Source of the DNA: a virus
Reading direction: 5' to 3' (one strand)
UHGV virus genome: UHGV-0279745
Length of the DNA stretch: 64,000 nucleotides
Shown piece after piece: positions 46,035 to 56,051 of the stretch. Made by a program: the position numbers and the translations under genes. The notes beneath the pieces are model-generated. The model worked only from the letters and a program-made list of their open reading frames with translations, had not been told where the DNA came from and searched no databases. Position 1 is the stretch's first letter. Every line of letters starts with the position of its first letter.

Positions 46035-46540
46035 GCATCGTAGTAACCGATTGGTATAAAGGCATTACAAAAGCCGCACAATTGACCGCGAAAGACGTTT
46101 ACAGTATCGTCCGAAGCAGTATCGAAGACGAGATTAAGTCGGATGAAGAATTCGCTGAGAAACACGAATTTTACGATGCTTTACCCACAGCATTCGGCGA
46201 CGACGAAGAAGAAGGTTTAGAGTTTGACTGGAACGTCAACCTTGCCTTACTGTGGATTTGTGGTTTACGGCCAACGGTAAAAGAAACCGAAGAAGGAAAA
46301 GTCTTGCTTTGGAATTTTACCGGGCAGTATAACCGTAATTTAGTCTTTAAACAGGCGTATATGGACGCTACTGTAGAACTTCAAAATCTACTGCTTGGCG
46401 AAAACACATACTGCCAACGCAGTTTCTTAACGATTCTGGAAAAACTTGTGTCGACACACAAAGTCTGGCGTAAAGAAGACGCCCCGGAACATATGTTCAT
46501 TTTAGAGTACGCTGTCATTCCAAATCAGCCGTTCTTCTAA
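46031..46540 (+). CDS. hypothetical acidic protein (169 aa), TTG start
   Basis: AGAGGAG RBS 8 nt upstream of TTG; no in-frame ATG near 5' end. Confidence 0.5.
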   Translation: MSIVVTDWYKGITKAAQLTAKDVYSIVRSSIEDEIKSDEEFAEKHEFYDALPTAFGDDEEEGLEFDWNVNLALLWICGLRPTVKETEEGKVLLWNFTGQYNRNLVFKQAYMDATVELQNLLLGENTYCQRSFLTILEKLVSTHKVWRKEDAPEHMFILEYAVIPNQPFF

Positions 46541-46546
46541 TCCCTA

Positions 46547-46584
46547 CCCCTTACCCTATACGGTGTAAGGGGTACTTTTATTTT
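46547..46584 (+). terminator. rho-independent terminator
   Basis: ccccttac-loop-gtaagggg followed by tacttttatttt. Confidence 0.6.
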
Positions 46585-46606
46585 CATTCCCTAAAGGAGC
46601 AGAGTT

Positions 46607-47086
46607 ATGATAAAATTCATTTGGCGTTATCCAACGCGTTTTTGGTTTGTGGTACTTGAACTGTGTATGGTTCTTGTAGCGGTTACTTTTGTCGAAGCGC
46701 CCGCCTCGCAGTTGGCCATTTTCTGCCTTTTCGTGACTGTCCCTGTATGGGTGATTGCGAAGGCTATTAAGTTCGTCATGGTGTGTTGGGCGAATTATAC
46801 CTGTCCGTATAAGCCTAAACAAATCATGAAATGGCTGATGTATATTGAAGAACGTTTACCGGCGCAACATAAATTACTGGGCTGGTCGTCAATGTTGGAT
46901 ATTGCACTAGAAACCAATGCAAAGTTCCCCGGTGCGAAAAACCCTTATTTGTTGATGGCGGTAATTGTTGCACAACAAAAACTGGTGGGTGACCGTTGGT
47001 TGCCAGAAGAAGCGAAAGCGTATATCCGTAAACATCCAAAAGCTTTTTACTCGGTAGGACAATGGCGTAACTTGCCATTATTTTAA
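46607..47086 (+). CDS. membrane protein (159 aa)
   Basis: AAAGGAGCAGAG RBS; multiple hydrophobic segments. Confidence 0.65.
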   Translation: MIKFIWRYPTRFWFVVLELCMVLVAVTFVEAPASQLAIFCLFVTVPVWVIAKAIKFVMVCWANYTCPYKPKQIMKWLMYIEERLPAQHKLLGWSSMLDIALETNAKFPGAKNPYLLMAVIVAQQKLVGDRWLPEEAKAYIRKHPKAFYSVGQWRNLPLF

Positions 47087-47140
47087 CTTTTTTACATAAC
47101 CCTTAGTTGATTTGAACAAACCTAAAAGAGGACTATTAAA

Positions 47141-48076
47141 ATGACTTTTCCATCTGAAGTAATTCACGAACTGGCTAACACGCTACGTCGTTACCATAGC
47201 AGCAAGACGATGCAAACCAATGTGGGTGCGACCGCCGACTTTTTACGTGGTTATTTCCTGGGCAGAAATCCAACGTCGATTACACAGGAAACGGTTTTCT
47301 CTATCGAACGTACCTCCTTAATCCTTCCAATTGATAATTTCACTGCGTTTCAAGAAAGGAATACGTTCAACTTCTCTATGGGAATGCTGTATTCGACCAT
47401 CGCCATTAATCCCATCATGAGAGATGACCCATCTTTCGTGCCTTACCAACATACAACGGATCACGGTAATTGGTTCGTTGTGGTAGAACAAGGTGCGAAT
47501 CAGTATGATGTTGTTGCAGCTCGTGACGAAGCTTTCTTTGATTTAGGGCAGATTTATCGCCGTCAAGAAATTGCGTTTGACCTACGTCAAGGTAATATCG
47601 GATTAAGTGGGTCTGCTGTCTATTTCATCCTGAGTAGTTGGTCACATGTAGGTTTTGTGCTGATGAAAAAAGGACCGTTGTTCAACTCACCGTTGGTAAA
47701 ATACCATAACCCTGAGGAAGGAGATCATGACGAAGAAGAAACGGTACCTAGCACAGAAGTCGCCGTTTGTGAAAACTACGATGATCTGAAATCTGTACTC
47801 GTTAAGCGTGATGTTTTCGAATCGTTAAACCTGGATTTCCCCGGTGACGAAAATGAAATATCCGTAGCTGACCTGGTAGAAGCGTTGTGTCAGAAAGACC
47901 AAGCTAACGAAATTAGCGACGAAGAAGCAGAACTCTTCCAAGTTCAACAACTCGTCAGCAAGGTTATCGGTGGACAGGGAATCGTTGACACTCTTATGGC
48001 TCTACCGCCGAAGAAACGAACTCAGAAGTATATTCGTGAGCTGGTTCTTGAAAACCTGGGTCAAACCAAAAAGTAA
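47141..48076 (+). CDS. hypothetical protein (311 aa) with acidic C-terminal half
   Basis: Conserved leader gaggactattaaaATG; terminator downstream. Confidence 0.7.
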   Translation: MTFPSEVIHELANTLRRYHSSKTMQTNVGATADFLRGYFLGRNPTSITQETVFSIERTSLILPIDNFTAFQERNTFNFSMGMLYSTIAINPIMRDDPSFVPYQHTTDHGNWFVVVEQGANQYDVVAARDEAFFDLGQIYRRQEIAFDLRQGNIGLSGSAVYFILSSWSHVGFVLMKKGPLFNSPLVKYHNPEEGDHDEEETVPSTEVAVCENYDDLKSVLVKRDVFESLNLDFPGDENEISVADLVEALCQKDQANEISDEEAELFQVQQLVSKVIGGQGIVDTLMALPPKKRTQKYIRELVLENLGQTKK

Positions 48077-48084
48077 TTTAAATC

Positions 48085-48120
48085 CCCTACTCCTCCGGGA
48101 GTAGGGTTAATTCTTTTTCC
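48085..48120 (+). terminator. rho-independent terminator
   Basis: ccctactcc-tccg-ggagtaggg followed by ttaattctttttcc. Confidence 0.65.
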
Positions 48121-48137
48121 ACCTTAGGAGTATTAAA

Positions 48138-48689
48138 ATGTTTCCATCGTCTGAATATTTAACTCATCTGGCTTACGGTATTCGCCGTGGTTCTGTTTTC
48201 CGCACACGTTTAAAGGATATAAATTTCCTGGCTAATTTCTTATTTGATCGTTTGTGGGATGGCGATAGTGTTTACAAAAAGATCACCGTAACACAACTTT
48301 ATTCCCTTATAGCAGCATCTGAAATTGTGCCTACGGATATTCGTCGATTTAAACGACAGCATAACGGGGATGTTACAATCAGCTTTCTTGATCGTTCTCC
48401 TATTACCGTTGAAATCGACGATCGTATTGACGCTAATAGTGAAATGTCTGGTTGGAAGATTCTGTTTGATTGTGGCAATCGTTATGCGGTACTTGGTTCC
48501 TCTGATGAGCGCGACTTCCCATTCGACAAACCCTACTACTACCTCAGTGAAGACGATTTCCCGGATAAAGAATCCAACATCTTTTTAAACGGAGACACAG
48601 TTTACTTCATTTTTCGTACCTGGAACGATGTTGCTGCTATGATTGCTCAAGGCGTCATCGATTACCGTAAACTAGAAGTTGACATTTAA
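48138..48689 (+). CDS. hypothetical protein (183 aa)
   Basis: Conserved leader ccttaggagtattaaaATG. Confidence 0.7.
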   Translation: MFPSSEYLTHLAYGIRRGSVFRTRLKDINFLANFLFDRLWDGDSVYKKITVTQLYSLIAASEIVPTDIRRFKRQHNGDVTISFLDRSPITVEIDDRIDANSEMSGWKILFDCGNRYAVLGSSDERDFPFDKPYYYLSEDDFPDKESNIFLNGDTVYFIFRTWNDVAAMIAQGVIDYRKLEVDI

Positions 48690-48698
48690 AATAAAAGC

Positions 48699-48733
48699 TA
48701 CCCTACTCCCGAAGGAGTAGGGTAATCTTTTTT
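48699..48733. terminator. bidirectional terminator between convergent genes
   Basis: taccctactcc-cgaa-ggagtagggta followed by T-run. Confidence 0.7.
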
Positions 48734-49355
48734 AGTTAACTAACCCGTTAGCTTTAAGAATCTCTAACATTTGGTTGTTTAACTCTTTTAATTTTTTGTT
48801 CTCTTCTGTCAACGCAGCAACTTTCTCACCTAATGGAATAGATTCACGAATTTTATTTTTTCGTGCCGCTTCCATCTGCAAGTGTTGTTCCTCCGTTACC
48901 TTTCCTTCATACTCGAGCGTTGTAATTTCAACTTTCGGCTCAATCCCTAGTGTATGCGTGAGAATATCTGAAACGTCTTTTGTTATAGACGACACTTTCA
49001 CGTAATCCGGTACCAGTGCCAAATCTACCACTAACACATTTCGTTGATACGTGATCCCGGATAAACCTGGGTATGATTCCAGGTAGGTGTCAGGTATGTA
49101 TACAACTTGACCGTCCCGAGATTTAAATGTCAGAATCGATGCACTAACATTCGCATCTGCTAAATATTCTTCACGTCCTAGCCCTACTGGCTGGTAATAC
49201 GAGTTATAAACGTCAATATTCTGACGTACTAAATCTGGGAAGGTACGTGACGCTTCTACCGTATAAATGACCGTCTCGGCTAAAGTAAACGGTGTTTTTA
49301 CTTTAAACAGTCCCGTGGTGTTGACTGGTACCTGGAGTGGTAAACGCGTAGCCAT
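48732..49355 (-). CDS. hypothetical protein (207 aa) with C-terminal coiled coil
   Basis: GAGGAG RBS overlapping stop of upstream gene. Confidence 0.7.
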   Translation of the reverse strand: MATRLPLQVPVNTTGLFKVKTPFTLAETVIYTVEASRTFPDLVRQNIDVYNSYYQPVGLGREEYLADANVSASILTFKSRDGQVVYIPDTYLESYPGLSGITYQRNVLVVDLALVPDYVKVSSITKDVSDILTHTLGIEPKVEITTLEYEGKVTEEQHLQMEAARKNKIRESIPLGEKVAALTEENKKLKELNNQMLEILKANGLVN

Positions 49356-49358
49356 TCA

Positions 49359-50732
49359 TTACTCCTCGTCTAACTCGGTGTACCATTTCGCTTTCCGAGA
49401 CAGGATACGATATTCTACGTTGTCGTATTCAAACACCCAGAAGTAGTTATCAGGGTCAGCCTCATCGACCAGTTTTACAACATCTAAGCTGGTTTGATAC
49501 GGGTGGTATTCTTCCGCAGCAATAAGTGCCTGGAAGAATAACGCCAACCATTCGGTCGTTGTTTTCGACATACGCGCAATATCAGGGTTAGTCGTCGCAA
49601 TTAACGCATAATCCGGGATAGTTTCGTGTAAGGTCGCTTTCCGTGTATCGTTTTCCGGTCCACTGATTACAACACAGTTTAATGATTTATAAACTGTTGG
49701 TAAGTCAGTTACGTCTGTTGTAGGTTTACTGATCGTTTTAGTATTTCTTTCTGCTACCGTCTGGTCTGCCCATTCTCCAAACCGACTGATAGCTTTGACC
49801 CAGAAATCATATGGAAGGATGGGGGAATAAAGCGCCGCCACATCTTCCTCATTGGGTATCCCACGAATTTTCCATCCAGGGACAATTGTAAATTTCGTGG
49901 TAGTGAAAATTTCGGGAAATACTTTTACCCCGATAGGGACAGTAAAGCTAGAATTAGCGAGAATATGTTCTCGCAACGCTTGCTTTATTTTCGTTGGGTT
50001 TTTTCCCGCACGTCCGTAGATAATAACCGACATTGGGACAACTAGGGTAGACTCGTAGTTTTCTTGATCGTGCCAAGTATAGTAGTTGGTTTGGATGGCG
50101 GTATAAGGAAACCCTGCCATTAACTCATTGATTTTCTTATGGTGTTCGGTAAGGTTAAACCCTTCCATCGCCTTTTCAACGACTGACTTGGTCGACAAAA
50201 ATGTGTCGATTGGTGAAATCGGCATCTGTACTTCGATTTCGAACCCTGTGTAATCTTGATCGAAGTCTTCATCCGAGAACCAAACAATGATCTGATTATC
50301 TACATCAGTGTCATCTTGTACTTGATCTGCCGTTACTTCATATTTCCAGCTCACCCAACGTGGGAACCAGTTACTGTTCGTCTGTATCATCGCACCAGAC
50401 TGAACACCAGAAATGGTTGATTGGAATTGGCCTAATAACAGGCGCTGGAATTCGAGTTCGTCATTTCTCAGATTCCCCAAGATGGCTTGCTGGTAAATCC
50501 ATTGAGAAACGGTTAGAATATGATCAGAAAATTCGGCTGGTACAACAACCGTCTGTTTTTCTCGTTTAGACGTAAAAGTCACCAATTGAACTTGCAAATT
50601 GGTTTTAGTAAACGTCTGTTTACTCTTCGCGTACGAGAGTGTCAAATCCGACAGCTCGCCCACCGGAGCGGTGACGCCGTCCTGATTGTCAAACAGTGCC
50701 GGTATCTGAATAAAACCTTGTAAGTCTAACAT
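49359..50732 (-). CDS. hypothetical protein (457 aa)
   Basis: Long ORF co-oriented with the 207-aa gene. Confidence 0.7.
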   Translation of the reverse strand: MLDLQGFIQIPALFDNQDGVTAPVGELSDLTLSYAKSKQTFTKTNLQVQLVTFTSKREKQTVVVPAEFSDHILTVSQWIYQQAILGNLRNDELEFQRLLLGQFQSTISGVQSGAMIQTNSNWFPRWVSWKYEVTADQVQDDTDVDNQIIVWFSDEDFDQDYTGFEIEVQMPISPIDTFLSTKSVVEKAMEGFNLTEHHKKINELMAGFPYTAIQTNYYTWHDQENYESTLVVPMSVIIYGRAGKNPTKIKQALREHILANSSFTVPIGVKVFPEIFTTTKFTIVPGWKIRGIPNEEDVAALYSPILPYDFWVKAISRFGEWADQTVAERNTKTISKPTTDVTDLPTVYKSLNCVVISGPENDTRKATLHETIPDYALIATTNPDIARMSKTTTEWLALFFQALIAAEEYHPYQTSLDVVKLVDEADPDNYFWVFEYDNVEYRILSRKAKWYTELDEE

Positions 50733-50757
50733 AATTAAAAATACTCCGAGGTGAGCA

Positions 50758-51261
50758 ATGGGTTCATTTTTTAAAGTGCTTCCGTTCTTCCTTCAGATGT
50801 TAATGGAAGCATTTAAACCAGGAGAAGGAGAAAACGTATCAAGAGCAAGCAAGATAATGACTTTAATCATCACGATCTTGTTGTCGTATTCTGGCTTCGT
50901 CTCCTACGCCTATGTACAACAGTTTCACGCGCTCGTTGCAGTGCAGTCTCATGACACTTATATGTCGCAGTCTTACCAAGAGATGAAACAAGATCGAGAT
51001 AAACTAAAAGAAGATAATGGGAAGTTATACGACAGGCTCTTCGTTTGCCTCGGCCAGAAACCGCCATATGAAAGCACGTTTAATTCATCGAAAGCGAGCG
51101 GTACGGCGAAGGATCTGTCTTCGACAAAACCAGAAACTCCTGTTAATCCAGCTTCAACACCAGAACAACGTAAAGAGGCTTCGGCGAGACCTGTTGGCAA
51201 TTTAAATGCGAACAGTTTTCGACAGGAGATCATAAAGACGCTAACGTCTTCTAAGGAGTGA
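50758..51261 (+). CDS. hypothetical membrane-anchored protein (167 aa)
   Basis: GAGGTGA RBS; N-terminal hydrophobic segments. Confidence 0.65.
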   Translation: MGSFFKVLPFFLQMLMEAFKPGEGENVSRASKIMTLIITILLSYSGFVSYAYVQQFHALVAVQSHDTYMSQSYQEMKQDRDKLKEDNGKLYDRLFVCLGQKPPYESTFNSSKASGTAKDLSSTKPETPVNPASTPEQRKEASARPVGNLNANSFRQEIIKTLTSSKE

Positions 51262-51264
51262 TTG

Positions 51265-51720
51265 ATGAAAATGCTGTTATTCATCATGATGGTGTTCGTG
51301 GGGTTGGTGAGTAATAGCTACGGCGACGAAGTTAAACGTCCAGCTTATAGGCCACTGGAACTTCCTCCTACACCACCAATAATGGTGAATTGGAAAATTG
51401 ACAATAATGCAATGCGTGAGTATGTTGCGGATGTCAACACCTATGCTTACTACGTTTATGTCTACACCCGAAATTTAAACCAACAAGCCGTTAAACGTGG
51501 CTGGAGCCCACCAATGCTGGCTCCACTTTGTGAGCGTTATGAGTTACCGAAGTTACATGTTGTACCTGAACGCTTATCTCTTGACGAAAGCTCTTTAACG
51601 CCCCAGGAGATTAGCCGTGACCTATCGCGTAAACTCAATAATTTGTTGTGGAATTACCGTTCCGACCGTCAGACACTACTCGATTCGTATAACCAATACT
51701 TGACATCGTGTTTGTACTGA
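51265..51720 (+). CDS. secreted protein (~151 aa) with signal peptide
   Basis: AAGGAG RBS before ATG; MKMLLFIMMVFVGLVSNSYG. Confidence 0.65.
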   Translation: MKMLLFIMMVFVGLVSNSYGDEVKRPAYRPLELPPTPPIMVNWKIDNNAMREYVADVNTYAYYVYVYTRNLNQQAVKRGWSPPMLAPLCERYELPKLHVVPERLSLDESSLTPQEISRDLSRKLNNLLWNYRSDRQTLLDSYNQYLTSCLY

Positions 51721-51724
51721 CACC

Positions 51725-51766
51725 CCCTCCTGTACCCATTCGTGGTACAGGAGGGTCTTTCTTTTT
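51725..51766 (+). terminator. rho-independent terminator
   Basis: ccctcctgtacc-loop-ggtacaggaggg followed by T-run. Confidence 0.7.
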
Positions 51767-51810
51767 AACGTTTGCAACTATTTTAATGTAGACTAACAGG
51801 AGAATTCAAC

Positions 51811-52545
51811 ATGACCTACCCAAAAATTGTCACCCCGTACACACCGACGCTGGTTATTGGTGCTGATGCTGAAACCAAATCATTACGCCCCGATGCTTAT
51901 CTGTTAAGTGCGGGTTTAGTGGCTTTTGACGTCCCTACATTGAAAATGGTCGGTTCCTCATACATCAGGATCGATCCTAACGATCCTAAAGCAAAAGCCA
52001 TTTTCCACGAAGACCCACAAACCGTTGGTTGGTGGGAAGGTAAAGGCGAACCCGAATACGCACCGTCTCGTGAAGCCTATGCGGAAGCATGGGGTGGGAC
52101 GACAGCATTGCCAGACGCGCTCTGGGCGATGCAAAAATGGCTCGGGGAGATCACCGCAAAACACGAGTTTGTGATTACCATGCGTGGTCCTGACTTCGAT
52201 GCGCCGATTTTCATGAACGCATTCGCACAATGTGATATTCCGCCAGGGAAGTTCCGTAAATTCAGTGCACTGGATAGCGATCGTACCGCAGAACGTTTAG
52301 CCTTTGCATTTGGGTTCGAGCCTGACCTAACCGTAGAGCAAATTTACTGGACACGCGGTAAGCCCGCTTTTGAGCACCACGCTATGTGGGATGCGGCAAA
52401 AGAAGCCTACACCACGGCACGTATTTACCACCTCGCTTTGGTCACTCGCCAATACGGGTTTGAACGCGCCAAAGCCTGTCACGAAGAACTGAAAACGGGC
52501 GAGTATGTTGCGCCGCAGATTCGTGATCAATTAACCAGGGATTAA
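51811..52545 (+). CDS. DEDDh-type 3'-5' exonuclease-like protein (244 aa)
   Basis: Exo I-like VIGADAET, Exo II-like RGPDFDAPIF, Exo III-like HHAMWDA motifs. Confidence 0.6.
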   Translation: MTYPKIVTPYTPTLVIGADAETKSLRPDAYLLSAGLVAFDVPTLKMVGSSYIRIDPNDPKAKAIFHEDPQTVGWWEGKGEPEYAPSREAYAEAWGGTTALPDALWAMQKWLGEITAKHEFVITMRGPDFDAPIFMNAFAQCDIPPGKFRKFSALDSDRTAERLAFAFGFEPDLTVEQIYWTRGKPAFEHHAMWDAAKEAYTTARIYHLALVTRQYGFERAKACHEELKTGEYVAPQIRDQLTRD

Positions 52546-52547
52546 GA

Positions 52548-54068
52548 ATGAAGAACGTTGATGTTGCAGTAATTTACACGGATGGTAGCCATTTGACCTC
52601 CCCGCTCGGTACAGGAGCGGGGATTCATGGATACTTATTTAATCGTGAAGCGATTGAGGATGGTCGGGTTTACCGTCATCCCTCTATTCCCGAGGGGATT
52701 ACGACGTCAGGATACCGCCAGATAAACAAGGATGAAAAACTTCCACCTTTACCAGAAACCGTGGAGTTTATTGACGGTGTTGTGCCTGTACCAAAAATGT
52801 CACACTCCGACGTTGCAGAACTCGTGGCTTTCCTGACCGTCTTCGAACACGCACCTTTCGTTGCCAAAAACTATGTTATCTATATCGATGCCTCTTACGT
52901 TGTCAACACGTATAACGATTGGATTGATGGTTGGGCTGCACGCGGTTGGCGTCGTGCAGACGGTACGCCTATTGCGAACTTGGAATTAATCCAACGGATG
53001 TGGGAGGTTAAACAGCGGTTAAAGAAAGAAGGGAAAGGTATTCGTGTCCTTAAAATTAAAGGGCACTCAGGACGCTATGGAAACGAGCGTGCCGACGAGT
53101 TAGCACGGAAAGGTTCAAGTATTTCGGCTCGAGGTGAGGGGTTAGACTATACACCGTATTGGTCAAAAGACGAGATGCCTGAGGAAGAACAGCAACCAGA
53201 AGTTGTTGGTGAAGGTGTCAATTTGTCTGCTTTTCCCGATATCTGTGTTACGAAGTTCTGTTACCCGATGGTGAACGAACCGCATCCCACTGTTACAGTT
53301 AACGGTAATAAACTTTATTACATGTTCGGTGGGAACCATGCAAAACAGAAGGACGATATCGTCTTCGTTGGTAAGTACATTCCAGATGCACAATTCTGCG
53401 TAATGTTTACCAAAGAACCATGGAACAACGTATACGAGTTGGTAAATACCCACTCTGCGAAAGCGTGGGAAGGGGTGCCCCGTTTACGTCAGTTTGATCC
53501 CATTGCCGTTGTTTTTAACTTATTCGTAAAACGTAAGAAGTTCGCAGAAGCCGCAGGTAACGGTATTCCTGTCGATCGGATGCATTTTAGCGAAGACAAA
53601 AACCTGTGGATGTTTGAAGATCTTTCGATTACACGAATTCTTCGTCCCGCGTTATTGTCTTATCGCTGCATTACGATTCGTGATGAGCTTGCAGGTTGGT
53701 TACGCGATGCCATGGAGGGGAAAAACTCAGTCGTAATGAACGACATTACTGACCTGCTTTACGATGAGAAAGGTAAGCCGAAGAAAGACTTTTATCGTAA
53801 CGTAGATAAAGGTTTTGACGTAACTATCCATATCCCTGGTAGTAAAAACAAGGTTAAAACCATCCTTACTCGAGGTATCGACATACCGACGCGTACGGAA
53901 ATCAACCGTATGAAAGAACCAGAAGGACGATTCTACGTGGCGGTACGGCGTCCAGAACGGCAGTATATCGAGTACGCGTTGGTTTATATTGGGGAAAAAT
54001 ATCATGGGTTGTGGTGTGGCTATTATTCAAACAAACGAATATTGACGGATAAGGAGCTTGAATGCTGA
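52548..54068 (+). CDS. RNase HI-like domain fused to a ~310-aa C-terminal extension (506 aa)
   Basis: N-terminal IYTDGS, AELVA, IDAS and GHSGRYGNERADELA motifs match the RNase H fold catalytic residues. Confidence 0.7.
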   Translation: MKNVDVAVIYTDGSHLTSPLGTGAGIHGYLFNREAIEDGRVYRHPSIPEGITTSGYRQINKDEKLPPLPETVEFIDGVVPVPKMSHSDVAELVAFLTVFEHAPFVAKNYVIYIDASYVVNTYNDWIDGWAARGWRRADGTPIANLELIQRMWEVKQRLKKEGKGIRVLKIKGHSGRYGNERADELARKGSSISARGEGLDYTPYWSKDEMPEEEQQPEVVGEGVNLSAFPDICVTKFCYPMVNEPHPTVTVNGNKLYYMFGGNHAKQKDDIVFVGKYIPDAQFCVMFTKEPWNNVYELVNTHSAKAWEGVPRLRQFDPIAVVFNLFVKRKKFAEAAGNGIPVDRMHFSEDKNLWMFEDLSITRILRPALLSYRCITIRDELAGWLRDAMEGKNSVVMNDITDLLYDEKGKPKKDFYRNVDKGFDVTIHIPGSKNKVKTILTRGIDIPTRTEINRMKEPEGRFYVAVRRPERQYIEYALVYIGEKYHGLWCGYYSNKRILTDKELEC

Positions 54069-54730
54069 TCGTTTATAGTGAGGTCTTGTCAAAAGCCCCC
54101 CGGTTTTTACAAACTCACTTTATGTATAACGCACGGCAGTATTGGGGCTTTAAAGCCCCTTACTCCGAAGATTGGGAAGTTGTGGAAAAGTTAGCATTTG
54201 TGTTTTCTCTTTCGTTGTTGTGGGAGATCATTGCACTATACAACGCGGGTTGTGATATCCCGGAGAACGGCTTTTTCCAACAACACCTATTCCAAAAATT
54301 CACAGCATCGGTAGAAAATCATGAAGTGCGCAAGGAGTGTATCGGCTACGCAGAGCATTCTGAAGAATTGAGAAAGATTTCCAAATTAGTTATCACGCGG
54401 ACATGGGCTGAATTCGAAACTTACCCCGAAAAAATAATTTGGTTTAATCGTGAACAGTTTATTAAAGAGGCAGTCAGTCAACATCCCGTTCGACTAATCG
54501 TGTTAAAGCCGTCAGATCTCGCCTTACGCCACATCTATTCGTCTCCAGAGGAAATCGTTTTTTCCTCTGGAACAACAGATTATGGTATTTTTAAACAAGG
54601 CGATTCTTGGATTCTTCCACACGATTTAGACGGGTATTTGCTCAGTAGCGATCAAATACATTCGGGTTATGACTCACAGGTGAAGGAGTTTACAGTCGAT
54701 CCTTTTTTCGCTAAAAATATTCTTAGATAG
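54062..54730 (+). CDS. hypothetical protein (222 aa)
   Basis: AAGGAGC RBS; overlaps upstream stop. Confidence 0.65.
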   Translation: MLIVYSEVLSKAPRFLQTHFMYNARQYWGFKAPYSEDWEVVEKLAFVFSLSLLWEIIALYNAGCDIPENGFFQQHLFQKFTASVENHEVRKECIGYAEHSEELRKISKLVITRTWAEFETYPEKIIWFNREQFIKEAVSQHPVRLIVLKPSDLALRHIYSSPEEIVFSSGTTDYGIFKQGDSWILPHDLDGYLLSSDQIHSGYDSQVKEFTVDPFFAKNILR

Positions 54731-54766
54731 ATATTATCCAGGTGTAACACCATTGGAGTTATTAAA

Positions 54767-55507
54767 ATGCTAAAAGTTTATGTCCCTCAATTACAACGTA
54801 TCAATCCCTCGTTGTTCGAGGGAATCTTTTATAAAATTTGGCCACAATACTTCAATGAACGTTTGAAAGACCCAAGGTGGTCGACCGTACAAGGAGAATT
54901 CTTTTATACCGCACAAACCGCCTGCACAGGTATTTTCACTCAGTTCATTGGAGAAATTATTAACGCCGTCAACACTAACCGAACTGTCGACCTACGTGAC
55001 GTTACAGTAGACCTCTCATCAATCTACGATAACTACGATTGTGATGATGCTGTGTTCGAACACTTTTCTGTTGAAGACGTTTGGGAAGCAGTGTACCAGT
55101 GGTTAGAGTATTACGTGAATTACCTACTCTCCCCAGAGATGTTAGAAACCTTCAACAAAGCACTCTTTCCTATTTATAACGACTTACTCAACGTTAAACA
55201 AACAAAGAACCTGGTTGGGTTCTGGTATTCGACCTACGACGCCGAATGTAAGTTGTGGGAAAAAGAAATGATTGCTTACGGGATAGAACGGGGAGACTAT
55301 GTTGAGATTCACTGTGGTTTCTGGCCATTCAGTCACTACGAGAACGCACGGCTTGGTATCTCACGATTGTGGTCGTTTTATCTCTGTGAAGCTACGGGCG
55401 TTATTTACCTTGAAGACAGCGGCGCACAAATCCCTAACGGTACTGTTGTAACATACTGCCAGATTCGTGAAGATCGGGGTCGGCCAATTTATCAGGAGTA
55501 CGTATAA
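54767..55507 (+). CDS. hypothetical protein (246 aa)
   Basis: Conserved leader ggagttattaaaATG. Confidence 0.65.
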   Translation: MLKVYVPQLQRINPSLFEGIFYKIWPQYFNERLKDPRWSTVQGEFFYTAQTACTGIFTQFIGEIINAVNTNRTVDLRDVTVDLSSIYDNYDCDDAVFEHFSVEDVWEAVYQWLEYYVNYLLSPEMLETFNKALFPIYNDLLNVKQTKNLVGFWYSTYDAECKLWEKEMIAYGIERGDYVEIHCGFWPFSHYENARLGISRLWSFYLCEATGVIYLEDSGAQIPNGTVVTYCQIREDRGRPIYQEYV

Positions 55508-56049
55508 TGAAAATACTTATCGATTTCTCACTCAGCGAGTCACGGGGCAAATTAAACAAACTGTTAAGTGAGATGCGTAGCCGCGTTGCGTTTGAACTGC
55601 ACGACGCGATAGCAGTACATGAGAACAAGATTTCTGAAGAACACAGTGGGGTCGAAATTACTATCCTGGATTCAGAAGCGATGGTGAATAATCTCATTGA
55701 ACAGTTAGAGCGAAAAATCCATTCGGCCATGACATACCCACATCTAGTGCGGGTAACTGATCCCGATACGGATATTCACCTGATTCTTGAGAAAGCCTTT
55801 CTACATGCCGCGCATTACTTACAGAATAATGCTCCAGATACCCTCGATGAAGTGTATGTCGCCATATTGCAGCGACAATCTTCAACGACGGATATAATAG
55901 ACACAACGTGTTGGAGCGATATTCTTACCAACGAAACAATGTCCCGTATCCGGGATATTTTCCTTGAGACACTCGGGTTAGTTGAGAAAATCTGCCATGC
56001 TGAGCTCATCTACCTGTCATCAAAATACGGTCAACCTAAAGGAGTATAA
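55507..56049 (+). CDS. hypothetical protein (180 aa)
   Basis: ATG overlapping upstream stop; AGGAG RBS. Confidence 0.65.
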   Translation: MKILIDFSLSESRGKLNKLLSEMRSRVAFELHDAIAVHENKISEEHSGVEITILDSEAMVNNLIEQLERKIHSAMTYPHLVRVTDPDTDIHLILEKAFLHAAHYLQNNAPDTLDEVYVAILQRQSSTTDIIDTTCWSDILTNETMSRIRDIFLETLGLVEKICHAELIYLSSKYGQPKGV

Positions 56050-56051
56050 TC

